Shown in pieces: positions 20,153 through 29,434 of a DNA stretch of 64,000 nucleotides; position 1 is the stretch's first letter; the number at the start of each line of letters is the position of its first letter. Origin of the DNA: Patescibacteria group bacterium (GTDB taxonomy: Bacteria; Patescibacteriota; UBA1384; UBA12157; JAENIV01); NCBI GenBank assembly GCA_049515915.1, contig JBEKTP010000003.1, positions 735-64,734 of the forward strand. The letters run 5' to 3'. The notes beneath the pieces were generated by a model. It did no database searches, had not been told where the DNA came from, and saw nothing but the letters and a program-made list of their open reading frames with translations. The position numbers were made by a program, and so were the translations under genes.

Positions 20153-20671
20153 ATGAAATACCGTATCAAAATCGGAGCCGTAGAACGTGAAGTCGTCATG
20201 GATGGTAAGGGTTGGGCAGTCAGCGCGGTGATCCTCGCCATCATCGAGCAGCATCTCCATGGAGTACCGGCGGCGGCCATCAGCCTGGAGATCGGGGATA
20301 AGACTCTCGATCCGAACGGAGGGATCGATGTCCAGCTCGATAAGCTTAGGGCTACCAAAGTGATTGAGAACTTGCCGGTAATCACCGTGCAGATCGATCA
20401 AGAAATGGTGGCCGAGGAGCAACGGAGAATCACCGAAGCCAGCCGACCCGAAGCGCTCTCGACGGTGCATCAGGGGAAGGTTCGGTTCGTCCGGGTCAAC
20501 GACAAAACCCGGACCGACGTGGCCAGCATCCGGCGGCTGGCTCTCTCATCACGGGCGAGCCGGCGTTGTGGCTTTCTCTGGCTCTCGCGGCGCTACTGCG
20601 TCGCCTTCGGTGATAAACCGGTGCAGTGGCTGAGAGAGATGGAAATCGCCAGCGAGCTCTTGCGGAAGTGA
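20153..20671 (+). CDS. Hypothetical protein (GC-rich unit)
   Basis: TTGACA-17-TATAGT promoter and GAGGTG SD. Confidence 0.75.
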   Translation: MKYRIKIGAVEREVVMDGKGWAVSAVILAIIEQHLHGVPAAAISLEIGDKTLDPNGGIDVQLDKLRATKVIENLPVITVQIDQEMVAEEQRRITEASRPEALSTVHQGKVRFVRVNDKTRTDVASIRRLALSSRASRRCGFLWLSRRYCVAFGDKPVQWLREMEIASELLRK

Positions 20672-20698
20672 GAGCTTCTCGGCCGCGGGGCCGGAAAA

Positions 20699-20738
20699 AC
20701 AGGCAGGGCGCGTATACGCGCCCTGCCTTCTCTGTTTT
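20699..20738 (+). terminator. Intrinsic terminator
   Basis: AAGGCAGGGCGCGTATACGCGCCCTGCCTT palindrome followed by a pyrimidine tract. Confidence 0.85.
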
Positions 20739-20816
20739 AAAGAGTTCCAGAGAAAATTGTTATTTTGGTGATATAATAAAATAAAGTTATAAATAAATTA
20801 TTCTCAAGGAGGGTTC

Positions 20817-21347
20817 GTGAGAAAAAGGAAAGCTCTTACCTTGTGGGTCATTGTTTTAATTGTCGTTTTGGTTTTGGCGGCTGGTTTTGCGGTTTACTAT
20901 TTTGTCCAAAAAACTCCGAGTAAAACTGCGACCGCTCCCAACGCTCCATCGGCGACCAGCTCCACTAAATCTTCGGGTAAACAAATGGTTGGTTGTCAAG
21001 TTTATCAAAACCTCAATGCTAATGGCGCCACCGCTTTCAAAACGGGAGATGATTCTTTGCTTCCAGCTGATGTTGCGGCGTGGAAAGGAACAAATACTTT
21101 GTGCGGCAGCTCGGCCGATTTGGATTACGTTTATTATTCGACCACTCAAGACGATCAGACTCTCTTGAGCTACTATCGCCAGAAACTAACCGCCAGAGGA
21201 TGCACGGTTGAAGATTTAGAAACTCCGCCAGACGGTCAAGTTGGCCCTTTTGCCTACGTGGAATCTTTTACTTGCTCCGATGGATATCATGGCCAGGTCG
21301 GGACGGACTTTGCTTACAATACTTATTGGGTTCAATTTACAAAATAG
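20817..21347 (+). CDS. Membrane-anchored extracellular protein
   Basis: N-terminal TM, S/T/P linker and a Cys-containing domain. AAGGAGGG SD. Confidence 0.8.
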   Translation: MRKRKALTLWVIVLIVVLVLAAGFAVYYFVQKTPSKTATAPNAPSATSSTKSSGKQMVGCQVYQNLNANGATAFKTGDDSLLPADVAAWKGTNTLCGSSADLDYVYYSTTQDDQTLLSYYRQKLTARGCTVEDLETPPDGQVGPFAYVESFTCSDGYHGQVGTDFAYNTYWVQFTK

Positions 21348-21358
21348 AAATCAGGTCC

Positions 21359-21388
21359 CAAAAAAGGACTGCGAACAGTCCTTTTTTG
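21359..21388. terminator. Bidirectional terminator
   Basis: AAAAAAGGACTG-CGAA-CAGTCCTTTTTT. Confidence 0.85.
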
Positions 21389-21469
21389 TTTTTTCAATAA
21401 GCGGTGTTTATGGCTTCGGGCACATAGGATATTCTCCTTCCTATTTAACTTTCTATTGGTAATTATTAC

Positions 21470-21495
21470 TACGAACACCTCTTAATTTTATTTCG
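21470..21495 (-). promoter_or_regulatory. ECF-type promoter (divergent copy)
   Basis: CGAAAT-16-CGTA. Confidence 0.55.
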
Positions 21496-21508
21496 CCACC
21501 TCGAGTTT

Positions 21509-21534
21509 TGAAAGAAAAGTCCCATTCCATCGTA
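21509..21534 (+). promoter_or_regulatory. ECF (SigW-like) promoter of the DUF5666-ABC operon
   Basis: TGAAAG-16-CGTA, the same motif found upstream of the ECF sigma gene. Confidence 0.75.
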
Positions 21535-21584
21535 GTATTGTTTGAGGCAGGCTCTTTTTAGTTAGAGAGTGTAGAAAGGAAAGA

Positions 21585-22019
21585 ATGGAGAGTAAAAATC
21601 AAACATCAGGTGTCTTAATTATTATCATTGTGATTATTGTCGTTTTGGTGATTGGGCTGGGCGTAATGTCGTTAGCTTTTTTTCGGGCCAGCCGTTTGAA
21701 AGTGAATCGTGAGTTTGGGATGTTCGACACGATGAACTATCGCGGGTCTGGTTTAATGGTGGAAGGCCGAAATTTTGGCGGCGGGCGCATCGGCTTTGGC
21801 CGTTTGAGCGGGCAAGTGACGGCCATTTCTGGTAGTAATTTAACCGTTAAAGATGCCGCCGGCGATTCAATCTCGGTTGTGATTTCCGATACGACTTCGG
21901 TTTACAATCAAGGTAAAATCGCCAAAGCCTCCGATATCAAGGTCAACAACAGCGTCATTGTTTTAGGTCAGCCTAATAGTTCGGGCGTCGTGCCGGCGAC
22001 CGCGATTCTTATTCAATAG
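21585..22019 (+). CDS. Membrane-anchored DUF5666-like OB-fold protein
   Basis: TM helix, then GQVTAISGSNLTV...T.V......SDIKVNNSV.V.G. Confidence 0.8.
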   Translation: MESKNQTSGVLIIIIVIIVVLVIGLGVMSLAFFRASRLKVNREFGMFDTMNYRGSGLMVEGRNFGGGRIGFGRLSGQVTAISGSNLTVKDAAGDSISVVISDTTSVYNQGKIAKASDIKVNNSVIVLGQPNSSGVVPATAILIQ

Positions 22020-22085
22020 TAAAGCATTTTTTAAATAATTAAAACCGCCGCGGTCGGCGAGATATTTTGAAGATTAGGAGTTTAA

Positions 22086-23456
22086 ATGGGAATGATTATT
22101 CGTGGATTCAAAAATGCCTTTCGTAACGGGATTAGATCTTTTGCCGTCATTATTATCTTGGCTATTAGTATCGGTATGGCCTTGGTGATGCTCGTGGCGA
22201 TGAAAGCGGTTGAAGCTAAAATCACTTCGGTGAAAGCTTCTGTTGGTAATGTCGTCACTATTTCCCCGGCCGGGGCGCAAGGCTTTGAAGGAGGCGGTAC
22301 ACCGTTGACCGGCACTCAGCTTAAGGATGTTTCTTCAATTACTCATGTTTCTAAGGTGACGGAAACCCTAGAGGATCGGGTTTCGACGACCGGGAGTTCG
22401 ACCGGCAGTGGTTTCGGGGGCGGGACTTCCGGCACGACCAGCCTTTCCTCGGCCATTAATCCGGGTACTTTGGGTCAGCGTTTCAATGGCGGCAGTAGTA
22501 GTAACCAAACCTTGCCGACGAACTTCAGCTTGCCGATCGAAATTATGGGTACAAATGACCTTTCGACGACTCAAGCGCTTGGTAATGTCAGTCAATTTAA
22601 GATCACTTCTGGTCAGGCTTTCGATGCCACTTCCAATAACAACGAAGCGTTAATCGGTAGCGGCTTGGCGACGAAAAATAATTTAAGCGTTGGCGGGACA
22701 TTTACCGCCTACGACACGACGATTAAAGTCGATGGTATTTTTGATACGGGAACCGAATTTTCGAACGGGATGGTCGTCATGCCACTAGCTTCTGTTCAGC
22801 GGCTTTCGGCACAATCGGATCAGATTAGCTCGGCCACGGTTCAAGTTGATTCCGTTGATCAGGTTACAGCGGTCGCGACGGCCATTAAAAATAAACTGGG
22901 TAGCGCCGCCGATGTGACCTCATCCATTGATGCCGCCAATAACTCGTTAGCCCCCTTGGAAAATGTTAAAAATATTTCAATGTATAGTCTAATTGGCGCT
23001 TTGGTGGCCGGCGCGGTTATTATTTTCTTAATTATGGTGATGATTGTCCGCGAGCGCCGCCAGGAAATCGGCGTCTTAAAAGCGATCGGCGCTTCCAATG
23101 CGATGGTGGTCGGGCAATTCATGTCCGAATCGATGATTTTGGCTCTGTTGGGCTCAATTATCGGTGCGCTGATTGGCTTTGCCCTGGCGAATCCCATTTT
23201 AAAAATGTTAGTTAATAATGCGAGTTCGAGTGCAAGCACGGCTGTTCGCGGCGCTGGTGGTGGCGGTTTTGCTCGTGCTTTTCGTGGCGCCACTTCCGGT
23301 TTTCAAAATTCTCTTCAAAGTCTTCACGGCGCGGTCGGCACAAGCCTGATTTTATACGCGGTTTTGGCCGCGGTGGCAATTGCCATTTTGGGCAGTGCCA
23401 TTCCGGCCTTTATAATTTCCAAAATCCGACCGGCGGAGGTCATGAGAGCCGAATAA
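22086..23456 (+). CDS. MacB/FtsX-like ABC transporter permease
   Basis: TM1, a large periplasmic domain, RERRQEIGVLKAIGA and PAEVMRAE. Confidence 0.95.
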   Translation: MGMIIRGFKNAFRNGIRSFAVIIILAISIGMALVMLVAMKAVEAKITSVKASVGNVVTISPAGAQGFEGGGTPLTGTQLKDVSSITHVSKVTETLEDRVSTTGSSTGSGFGGGTSGTTSLSSAINPGTLGQRFNGGSSSNQTLPTNFSLPIEIMGTNDLSTTQALGNVSQFKITSGQAFDATSNNNEALIGSGLATKNNLSVGGTFTAYDTTIKVDGIFDTGTEFSNGMVVMPLASVQRLSAQSDQISSATVQVDSVDQVTAVATAIKNKLGSAADVTSSIDAANNSLAPLENVKNISMYSLIGALVAGAVIIFLIMVMIVRERRQEIGVLKAIGASNAMVVGQFMSESMILALLGSIIGALIGFALANPILKMLVNNASSSASTAVRGAGGGGFARAFRGATSGFQNSLQSLHGAVGTSLILYAVLAAVAIAILGSAIPAFIISKIRPAEVMRAE

Positions 23457-23484
23457 GTTATCTACTAAATACGAAATCCGCCGG

Positions 23485-24195
23485 TTGGCGGATACGAAAG
23501 AATATGAAAAAAGAAATGGAGACATTATGATTATTACCAAAGGGTTGTCCAAGGAATTTACTTCTGGCGATCATAAAGTTAAAGCCGTCAATAACATCAG
23601 CTTTGAAATGCCCGAAGGAATTTTTGCGGCCATTTTGGGCAAATCCGGCAGCGGCAAAAGTACTTTGCTTTCTTTACTTGGCGCTCTTGATAAACCGACG
23701 GCTGGTTCAATCGAAGTTGACGGCATCAAGATTAACGAGCTTTCGGACCGCAAATTGATCAAATATCGCCGCGATAAAATCGGCTTTGTTTTTCAAAATT
23801 ATAGTTTAATCCACAATTTAAATGCGTTAGAAAATGTTTGTCTGCCGATGGAATTCGCCGGTGTTGGGGCAGCCGAGAGAAAGGAAAGAGCGGAAAAATT
23901 ACTCGAGGAAGTCGGCCTGACCGAAGATAAATTTCACCGCCGTCCCGCCCGCCTTTCCGGCGGGGAACAACAACGGGTCGCGATTGCCCGGGCCTTGGCT
24001 AATAAACCAAAACTGATTTTGGCCGATGAACCAACCGGTAATTTAGATTCCAAAACCGGTCAGGTCATTATTGACCTTTTGCACGAATTGGCTAAAACCG
24101 AAAAGACAACCATTTTAGCGGTCACTCACGACATTGGTATTGCCAGACAAGCCAAAGTTATCTTTAAATTGCAGGATGGTACGTTGGTTGAATAA
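23485..24195 (+). CDS. ABC transporter ATP-binding protein (LolD/MacB type)
   Basis: [18 protein letters not shown] and ADEPTGNLD motifs. The start may be ATG 23527. Confidence 0.96.
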   Translation: MADTKEYEKRNGDIMIITKGLSKEFTSGDHKVKAVNNISFEMPEGIFAAILGKSGSGKSTLLSLLGALDKPTAGSIEVDGIKINELSDRKLIKYRRDKIGFVFQNYSLIHNLNALENVCLPMEFAGVGAAERKERAEKLLEEVGLTEDKFHRRPARLSGGEQQRVAIARALANKPKLILADEPTGNLDSKTGQVIIDLLHELAKTEKTTILAVTHDIGIARQAKVIFKLQDGTLVE

Positions 24196-24451
24196 GAACT
24201 TTTTAGCTTCTCAAATACAAAAGGACCCGGTGGGCCCTTTTGTGGAAGGCTATTTTTAGGCGCTGCCTTTCTTTTTGAGTGAAGCTAAATGATTATTGCT
24301 TCATTCAGGTGAGCGCCATGGCCGTTTTTTTGGCGAGCCGTAGATTTTTTCCACGAAACGTCTGGGCCATTTTGGAGGGTTCTCGGCGCTCGGCAATGAA
24401 ATTTTTTTTCGCGGGCGCTCGCTTGACGATCTTTGGGGATATATATATTAG

Positions 24452-24613
24452 GTGGATCCGCTTAAGATCTGATCGTCATTACTGACCTAAAGCGTGAGGA
24501 TTCCTGCCTCCCCGGCAGATGACCGAAGAGGCCGTTGCCCCCGCCAAGAGCAAGCGGCAGGGGCGAGAGATTAATTGGTTGTGGGTCTATTTTTATGAGG
24601 GTGGATTCTTTTT
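24452..24613 (+). ncRNA. Rod-shaped ncRNA candidate (6S-like)
   Basis: 5' GGATCCGCTT pairs with 3' GGGTGGATTC. Inner stems TCCTGCC/GGCAGGG and GATGACC/GGCCGTT. TTGACG upstream and a T tract downstream. Confidence 0.5.
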
Positions 24614-24633
24614 GCTCCTTTCGTACTTAGTAC

Positions 24634-24659
24634 TACGAACAATGAAAATTTTTCTTTCA
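24634..24659 (-). promoter_or_regulatory. ECF-type promoter copy
   Basis: TGAAAG-16-CGTA. Confidence 0.65.
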
Positions 24660-24662
24660 TGG

Positions 24663-25412
24663 TTAAAAAGGCGGTGGCGGCACGAGCATCGATTCTTGAT
24701 TGCGGATAAAAATTCGTCTCGGTCGCGAGCCGACGCTGGGGTGAATTTCATCGGCATCAAAAGTGTTATCGCCGGTTTTCTCGCCAATGATTTTGATTTC
24801 TTGCCCAACTTTAACCGGTGCACCAAAATATTGGACTTCAGTTGTGCTAACTTGCCAAATTTTGCCACTTGAATCTTTTAACTCCAAACTTTGACCCGAA
24901 ATTTTAGTGACCGTTCCGCCGAGGCGGCCTTCATCTGGTTCGGACCAGAGCTCACGCGTTTGATTCTCGACTGATTGGTACGCGGGAATATCTTTGGCCA
25001 ACCCGGCGTCGACCCTAGCGCCCAAGCCGATGATGTTGAACAAGGCGCCAAAGATTAGACTAAAAATCAAACTGCCCAAAACAATCCAGTAGGCCGAATA
25101 ACGATATCCGCTTTTCGAATGTTTGACGTTATAGTAGGCCAGTAAGATGGTTAAAACGAGCAAAATCAGCCAAATCGACGGGATATCCGAGAGAAGATGA
25201 CTGGGCGCGAGCGGCCGGTGGGCGGCGGTATAGAGAAACCAATCGCGATTTAAAATCACGTGAATAATCACGGCGACGCCGATGCTCCCGACTAAAGCTG
25301 AGGTAACGGCAGCGGCCAAGATAACATCGTTTTTGAGTAAAAAGTGCCATTTTGGAATCGGCGCGATTTTTTCTTGGCGGATTTTTTGAATTGTTTCTTT
25401 ACTGACACTCAT
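24663..25412 (-). CDS. Three-TM membrane protein with C-terminal DUF5666-like domain, putative anti-sigma factor
   Basis: Lies 8 nt after the ECF sigma gene. GTVTKISGQSLEL...VGQEIKIIG. Confidence 0.75.
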   Translation of the reverse strand: MSVSKETIQKIRQEKIAPIPKWHFLLKNDVILAAAVTSALVGSIGVAVIIHVILNRDWFLYTAAHRPLAPSHLLSDIPSIWLILLVLTILLAYYNVKHSKSGYRYSAYWIVLGSLIFSLIFGALFNIIGLGARVDAGLAKDIPAYQSVENQTRELWSEPDEGRLGGTVTKISGQSLELKDSSGKIWQVSTTEVQYFGAPVKVGQEIKIIGEKTGDNTFDADEIHPSVGSRPRRIFIRNQESMLVPPPPF

Positions 25413-25420
25413 GGTTTTAT

Positions 25421-25993
25421 TTAAAAATTAATCTTATTTTTTTGGGCGGCTTCTTTAAATACTTTCTTGGCGCGAGAAATTAAAGTGCCGACAGTGCCGA
25501 GCGGACTCTTTAAAATATCAGCAATTTCGCCGTAATCCTTTTCTTCAAAGAAGCGCAAGACTAAAACGTCGCGATATTTAATCGGCAATTTCTTTAAAAC
25601 CTCGTCGATTTTTTCCTTATTTAATTTAATATCCAGTTCTTTGTAAATCGGAGCATTGGAACTTAACTTGATATCGTTATCGAAAAGCTCGACATTTTTC
25701 GGGGAGTTGTTTAGTTTTCGCCAGTGAGAAATGACTTCGTTGTGGCAAATCCGATAAATCCAGGAAGAAAATTTTAAACTTTGATCAAAATCGTTGAGGT
25801 TTTGATACGCCTTGATAAAAACTTCCTGCAGAATATCTTCGGCGTCTTCGCGTGAACAGTTAGTAATCCGAAAGATATAGCGTAAGAGTTTCGGTTCGTA
25901 GCGTCGCATCAAATGCAAATAATTTTCTTTGTCTGATAAAGAAAGCTGGACGATTTTTTCATCGCTTGTTTTTTCGGGAATCTTTCCGACCAT
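25421..25993 (-). CDS. ECF RNA polymerase sigma-70 factor
   Basis: DAEDILQEVFIKAY, FSSWIYRI.HN and EIADIL..PLGTV motifs. Confidence 0.96.
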   Translation of the reverse strand: MVGKIPEKTSDEKIVQLSLSDKENYLHLMRRYEPKLLRYIFRITNCSREDAEDILQEVFIKAYQNLNDFDQSLKFSSWIYRICHNEVISHWRKLNNSPKNVELFDNDIKLSSNAPIYKELDIKLNKEKIDEVLKKLPIKYRDVLVLRFFEEKDYGEIADILKSPLGTVGTLISRAKKVFKEAAQKNKINF

Positions 25994-26026
25994 ATCCCGA
26001 TTCTACCATATCGTCTCGCTTATTGA

Positions 26027-26052
26027 TACGTCTGGGAAGGTTTTTTCTTTCA
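26027..26052 (-). promoter_or_regulatory. Autoregulatory ECF promoter
   Basis: TGAAAG-16-CGTA ending 34 nt upstream of the sigma ATG. Confidence 0.75.
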
Positions 26053-26174
26053 GAAGCCAGTCGGGGGCTTGTCCCGAGCCACGTCGAGGGTTGATTTTTT
26101 TGATGATATATGGTAAGCTCGAGCCAACTTGCCAACGTACCGGCAAAATTCAAGGTAAAGGGGTGCGCCCCAAA

Positions 26175-26792
26175 ATGGCAGCAAAGGAAACGGCCGTACA
26201 GAAGTTTATCGATGAGGTGCTGGGTCCGAACCTCATAATGCCGGAGGACCCGAACCACCCGTGGTGGTTTCAGATTCTGAAGGCGCGGCTCTGGGACGTG
26301 GAAAGACGTGAAAAGCGTCTGATCTGGCGGCTGTTGGGAGAAATGAGATTTCTCAAAGGCTGCCCGACTGGTGATCCGACACATAACCACCACAGTTTGA
26401 GGCAGGATTTCAGCCTAGACGTGCTCTTGCCCTATGTGCAGGGCTACTTCCACGTGGTCCCGGATATGACGGGCATTGATGGTTCCGCCGGAGAACTGAG
26501 TTTCTGGGGATACATCCGTGATGGTCGAACTGTGCTCGGCAGAGTTTCATTCTCGGTAGAAAAGAACGGGGCTGAAGAATACTGGAAAGCCAGTAACCTC
26601 TGGGTCTTACTGAAGGACCCGGAGGATATCGTGATCAAGCTCGGCGTCACAGCCAAAGGAATGTTCCTCGCAATCTGCGAGGACCATAAGTGGGTGCTGA
26701 AGCGCCGCCAGGAGTACGAGGCGGAGACAGCGACATGGGTGGACGGGATGGAGCTTGAGAACAGTGAGCTTATCAACGGGATCGGAGGGTGA
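26175..26792 (+). CDS. Hypothetical protein (GC-rich unit)
   Basis: Start at MAAKET after AAAGGGGTG. A promoter-like TTGATT...TGgTAAGCT lies near 26091. Confidence 0.7.
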   Translation: MAAKETAVQKFIDEVLGPNLIMPEDPNHPWWFQILKARLWDVERREKRLIWRLLGEMRFLKGCPTGDPTHNHHSLRQDFSLDVLLPYVQGYFHVVPDMTGIDGSAGELSFWGYIRDGRTVLGRVSFSVEKNGAEEYWKASNLWVLLKDPEDIVIKLGVTAKGMFLAICEDHKWVLKRRQEYEAETATWVDGMELENSELINGIGG

Positions 26793-26796
26793 GAGG

Positions 26797-27063
26797 ATGA
26801 AGTACACAGAGTATGAGAGTGTCAAGCAACTCTATGATTCCCTTGCTCGACAGCACGGTCTTTCGCGCGAGCAAGTCGTGATCCGAGAAGATTCAACTGT
26901 CCCTAAGTTGGGACACAGACCTTCGGAGCGGCAGACTGGTCGCATGATGGTGAGTAACGACAGTCACACTATCGTGCGTTTCATCATCGAGGAACTGCGG
27001 GCCCACAAACCGGTCAAGTACCGAGCGTGGGTCTACGACGACCAAAATCATGTGTCCATATAG
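26797..27063 (+). CDS. Hypothetical protein (GC-rich unit)
   Basis: GGAGGG SD overlapping the end of the upstream gene. GGCCCCGCCAC/GTGGCGGGGCC terminator near 27091. Confidence 0.65.
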   Translation: MKYTEYESVKQLYDSLARQHGLSREQVVIREDSTVPKLGHRPSERQTGRMMVSNDSHTIVRFIIEELRAHKPVKYRAWVYDDQNHVSI

Positions 27064-27146
27064 GGCATATGAACTTGAAGGGGAAAGAGCGGCCCCGCCA
27101 CAAAAGTGGCGGGGCCTTCTCTATTTTATAGCGTAAATATCCTTGT

Positions 27147-27175
27147 AAACTACGATTAAAAATTAATCGTAGTTT
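27147..27175. promoter_or_regulatory. AT-rich palindrome, candidate operator
   Basis: AAACTACGATTAA-AAA-TTAATCGTAGTTT. The core recurs at 12507 and 57615. Confidence 0.5.
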
Positions 27176-27328
27176 GATTAGTTCTCAAAAAGGATTGACA
27201 TTATCGAACCAAATTATTTACAATGCGTTTGGAAAGAAAGCTCTAAACTTTGCCGTCGGCAAGTTTGGGGTACGCACCTTAAGTTTTGAATGTGGATTCT
27301 ATTTTACCGCCCAAAGGGCGAGGAGGAG

Positions 27329-28162
27329 ATGACGTTGGCAGGCTGTAGAATTGATAAGCGCGTCGTGATTCTGGCTCTTGATGGTGTCGAAGGCAAGAGA
27401 GCAATGTTGGATACTATTACTCGTGTCATGGACGGCCCGATCGGTCCGTATGTGGCATATGTCAAACTCAATGATGGACTGCACGATAAGGACGGCGGTC
27501 CAAACATTGTCCGCGCGATCCTCGTGGAGCATCCGAAACTGGATGTCTTCGGCGACATCAAGGGTGCCGATGTCTGGGGTACAATCCAGAACATCTGCAA
27601 GCGCTACGATGTCGCACGGATGCTCATGACTATCTCGATCCACGTGGACCACGGCGTCTTCGCGAAGCTGGCAACCACCTATCCGGCGCTAAAGATTGCG
27701 GCGATGGTGGTGCCCACCGACATTGCGAAGAAGGACTTCCTGCGTCGGTACGACATGGAGCCAGCCGAGGCCATGGAAACGTGGTATGGCGGGCTGACTG
27801 ATCTCTACCGCGAAGAACTTGACATCCCGGACGGCTATCCTTCGGAGCTGGTTATTGCCAGCAAAGACATGCTCCCGACTGTGCAGGAGAACTTCCCAGG
27901 AGTCCTCTCGATCACGCCAGGCGTGCGCGACGTCTGGATGGTTGATGCCGATCATCAAAAGCGCACTACAGGTGTCCAGAAAGCACTGGAGCTTGGGGCG
28001 CGGTACGTTGTCATGGGCGCCCAGCTTCTCAAGGGTGCAACTGGCGTAGACGCTAAAGAGAGCCAGGCGCGGACCGTGGTGGAGATCGAGCGCTTTTTCA
28101 ATCCGCCGGACGAGGGCAACGATGCGCTGGCGGGGATACACTACCGCGAGCCGCAGATCTGA
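27329..28162 (+). CDS. pyrF: Divergent orotidine-5'-phosphate decarboxylase
   Basis: ILALD, YVKL, DIKGAD (DxKxxD) and TPGVR motifs. AGGAGG SD. Confidence 0.85.
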   Translation: MTLAGCRIDKRVVILALDGVEGKRAMLDTITRVMDGPIGPYVAYVKLNDGLHDKDGGPNIVRAILVEHPKLDVFGDIKGADVWGTIQNICKRYDVARMLMTISIHVDHGVFAKLATTYPALKIAAMVVPTDIAKKDFLRRYDMEPAEAMETWYGGLTDLYREELDIPDGYPSELVIASKDMLPTVQENFPGVLSITPGVRDVWMVDADHQKRTTGVQKALELGARYVVMGAQLLKGATGVDAKESQARTVVEIERFFNPPDEGNDALAGIHYREPQI

Positions 28163-28264
28163 ACGTCATATCAAGCCGTTAATGACCGACCGAGATCGGT
28201 CAACGGCGCCGCACACCATTACGAAGGGAAGGAGAGGCCAATTTCTGAACAGCGAATCAGGGTT

Positions 28265-28543
28265 TTGAAAACGCCGGTCGGAACGGCGCCAAAATGGGTG
28301 CGCGAGGCTTGGACGGGACTGGAACTTCCCGCCGCTCCTGGATATTGGGGAGTTGTCGGCGTGGCCGCGGCGGCTGATGATACCGAAGGCTATGCCGTCC
28401 ATGCCCACACCGCTTTCTCATCTCTCGAGAGAGATCCCGAAAAAGCGAAAGCGTACGAGTGGTATCTGCAGCATCAGTCCGACCTGTTCCAATCGCATGT
28501 TTACCTGCGATTCGGCAAGCGGTTTTGCGAGTTGGTTACGTAG
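28265..28543 (+). CDS. Hypothetical protein between pyrF and pyrE
   Basis: ORF with codon usage like its neighbours. Start uncertain. Confidence 0.55.
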   Translation: MKTPVGTAPKWVREAWTGLELPAAPGYWGVVGVAAAADDTEGYAVHAHTAFSSLERDPEKAKAYEWYLQHQSDLFQSHVYLRFGKRFCELVT

Positions 28544-28578
28544 TCCATCACCGCTTGGAAAGAGGAGGAGGTGAAGAG

Positions 28579-29340
28579 ATGGCGAATAGTACGTTCAGAA
28601 GCATCCTCGATGTCAGGTCCGCAGAAGGGTTGTGGGCACTGAAGCCCTCGCATTTCGTCGATCGCGAGATTACTATCGGGGAGTTCACGCACATGCTCAA
28701 GCTACGAGACGCCTTCTGGCAGTACGAAGGCGAGCCGCGGCCGGAACAACCGCACGCCCTGACCCGGGACGGCATGTGCACCGACGGGTTCGTTGACACC
28801 CTGAGGCTTCTCTGCTTGTCCAATATCTGCGAAATTCTCGGCGGACAGATGCTGGCGCAGGTGAGGAAAGTAACTGTGTTGAAACCTTTCCAGTGGACCA
28901 TCAGTGCCGCCAACGCCGGAATCGATCTCGGTCACGAAGTTGGTCGGCAGGCGCGAACCAACATCGCCTTCACCGAGAAGGACAAGGATGGCAACCCGAC
29001 GGTCTGGAAGAGATTTACTGTTGCCGAGGGCGAGACAGTCCTGATTGTCAACGAGCTCATGACCACGGCCCATGGCAGTACTTATATGGCCAAGGCAGCT
29101 GTCCGGGACCAGAACAAGGTTCAGCCGGTTCGGTTCATGCCGGTAACGGCCGTGCTCGTCAACCGGTCAGCCGACACGGAGACCCTCGAAGACGGAACGC
29201 CGGTGGTGGCACGTTTCCGCTACCACATGCACACCTATCAGCCAGGCCCAGCCACCTGCAAGTACTGTGCGGCCGGTTCGCCCTCCATTAAGCCGAAGGT
29301 CGAAGGCAACTGGGAGAAGTACTTCGCTTCGGCGATCTGA
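28579..29340 (+). CDS. pyrE: Divergent orotate phosphoribosyltransferase-like protein
   Basis: Type I PRTase PRPP loop VLIVNELMTTAHGS, AFTEK, C-terminal CKYC..GS..IKP, and linkage to pyrF. Confidence 0.7.
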   Translation: MANSTFRSILDVRSAEGLWALKPSHFVDREITIGEFTHMLKLRDAFWQYEGEPRPEQPHALTRDGMCTDGFVDTLRLLCLSNICEILGGQMLAQVRKVTVLKPFQWTISAANAGIDLGHEVGRQARTNIAFTEKDKDGNPTVWKRFTVAEGETVLIVNELMTTAHGSTYMAKAAVRDQNKVQPVRFMPVTAVLVNRSADTETLEDGTPVVARFRYHMHTYQPGPATCKYCAAGSPSIKPKVEGNWEKYFASAI

Positions 29341-29434
29341 TCACATCAGGCCGGGAATACGAGGTTTGACCTCTGCCCGGCCTTCGCTTTATCCACTTGA
29401 CGGATGGTTTGAGAAGGCTTTTAATTAAAAAAAT

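Noticed and set aside
24519-24872. 117-aa plus-strand ORF
   Set aside because: It overlaps the anti-sigma-like gene in antisense and the structured RNA candidate, and has no recognisable motif.
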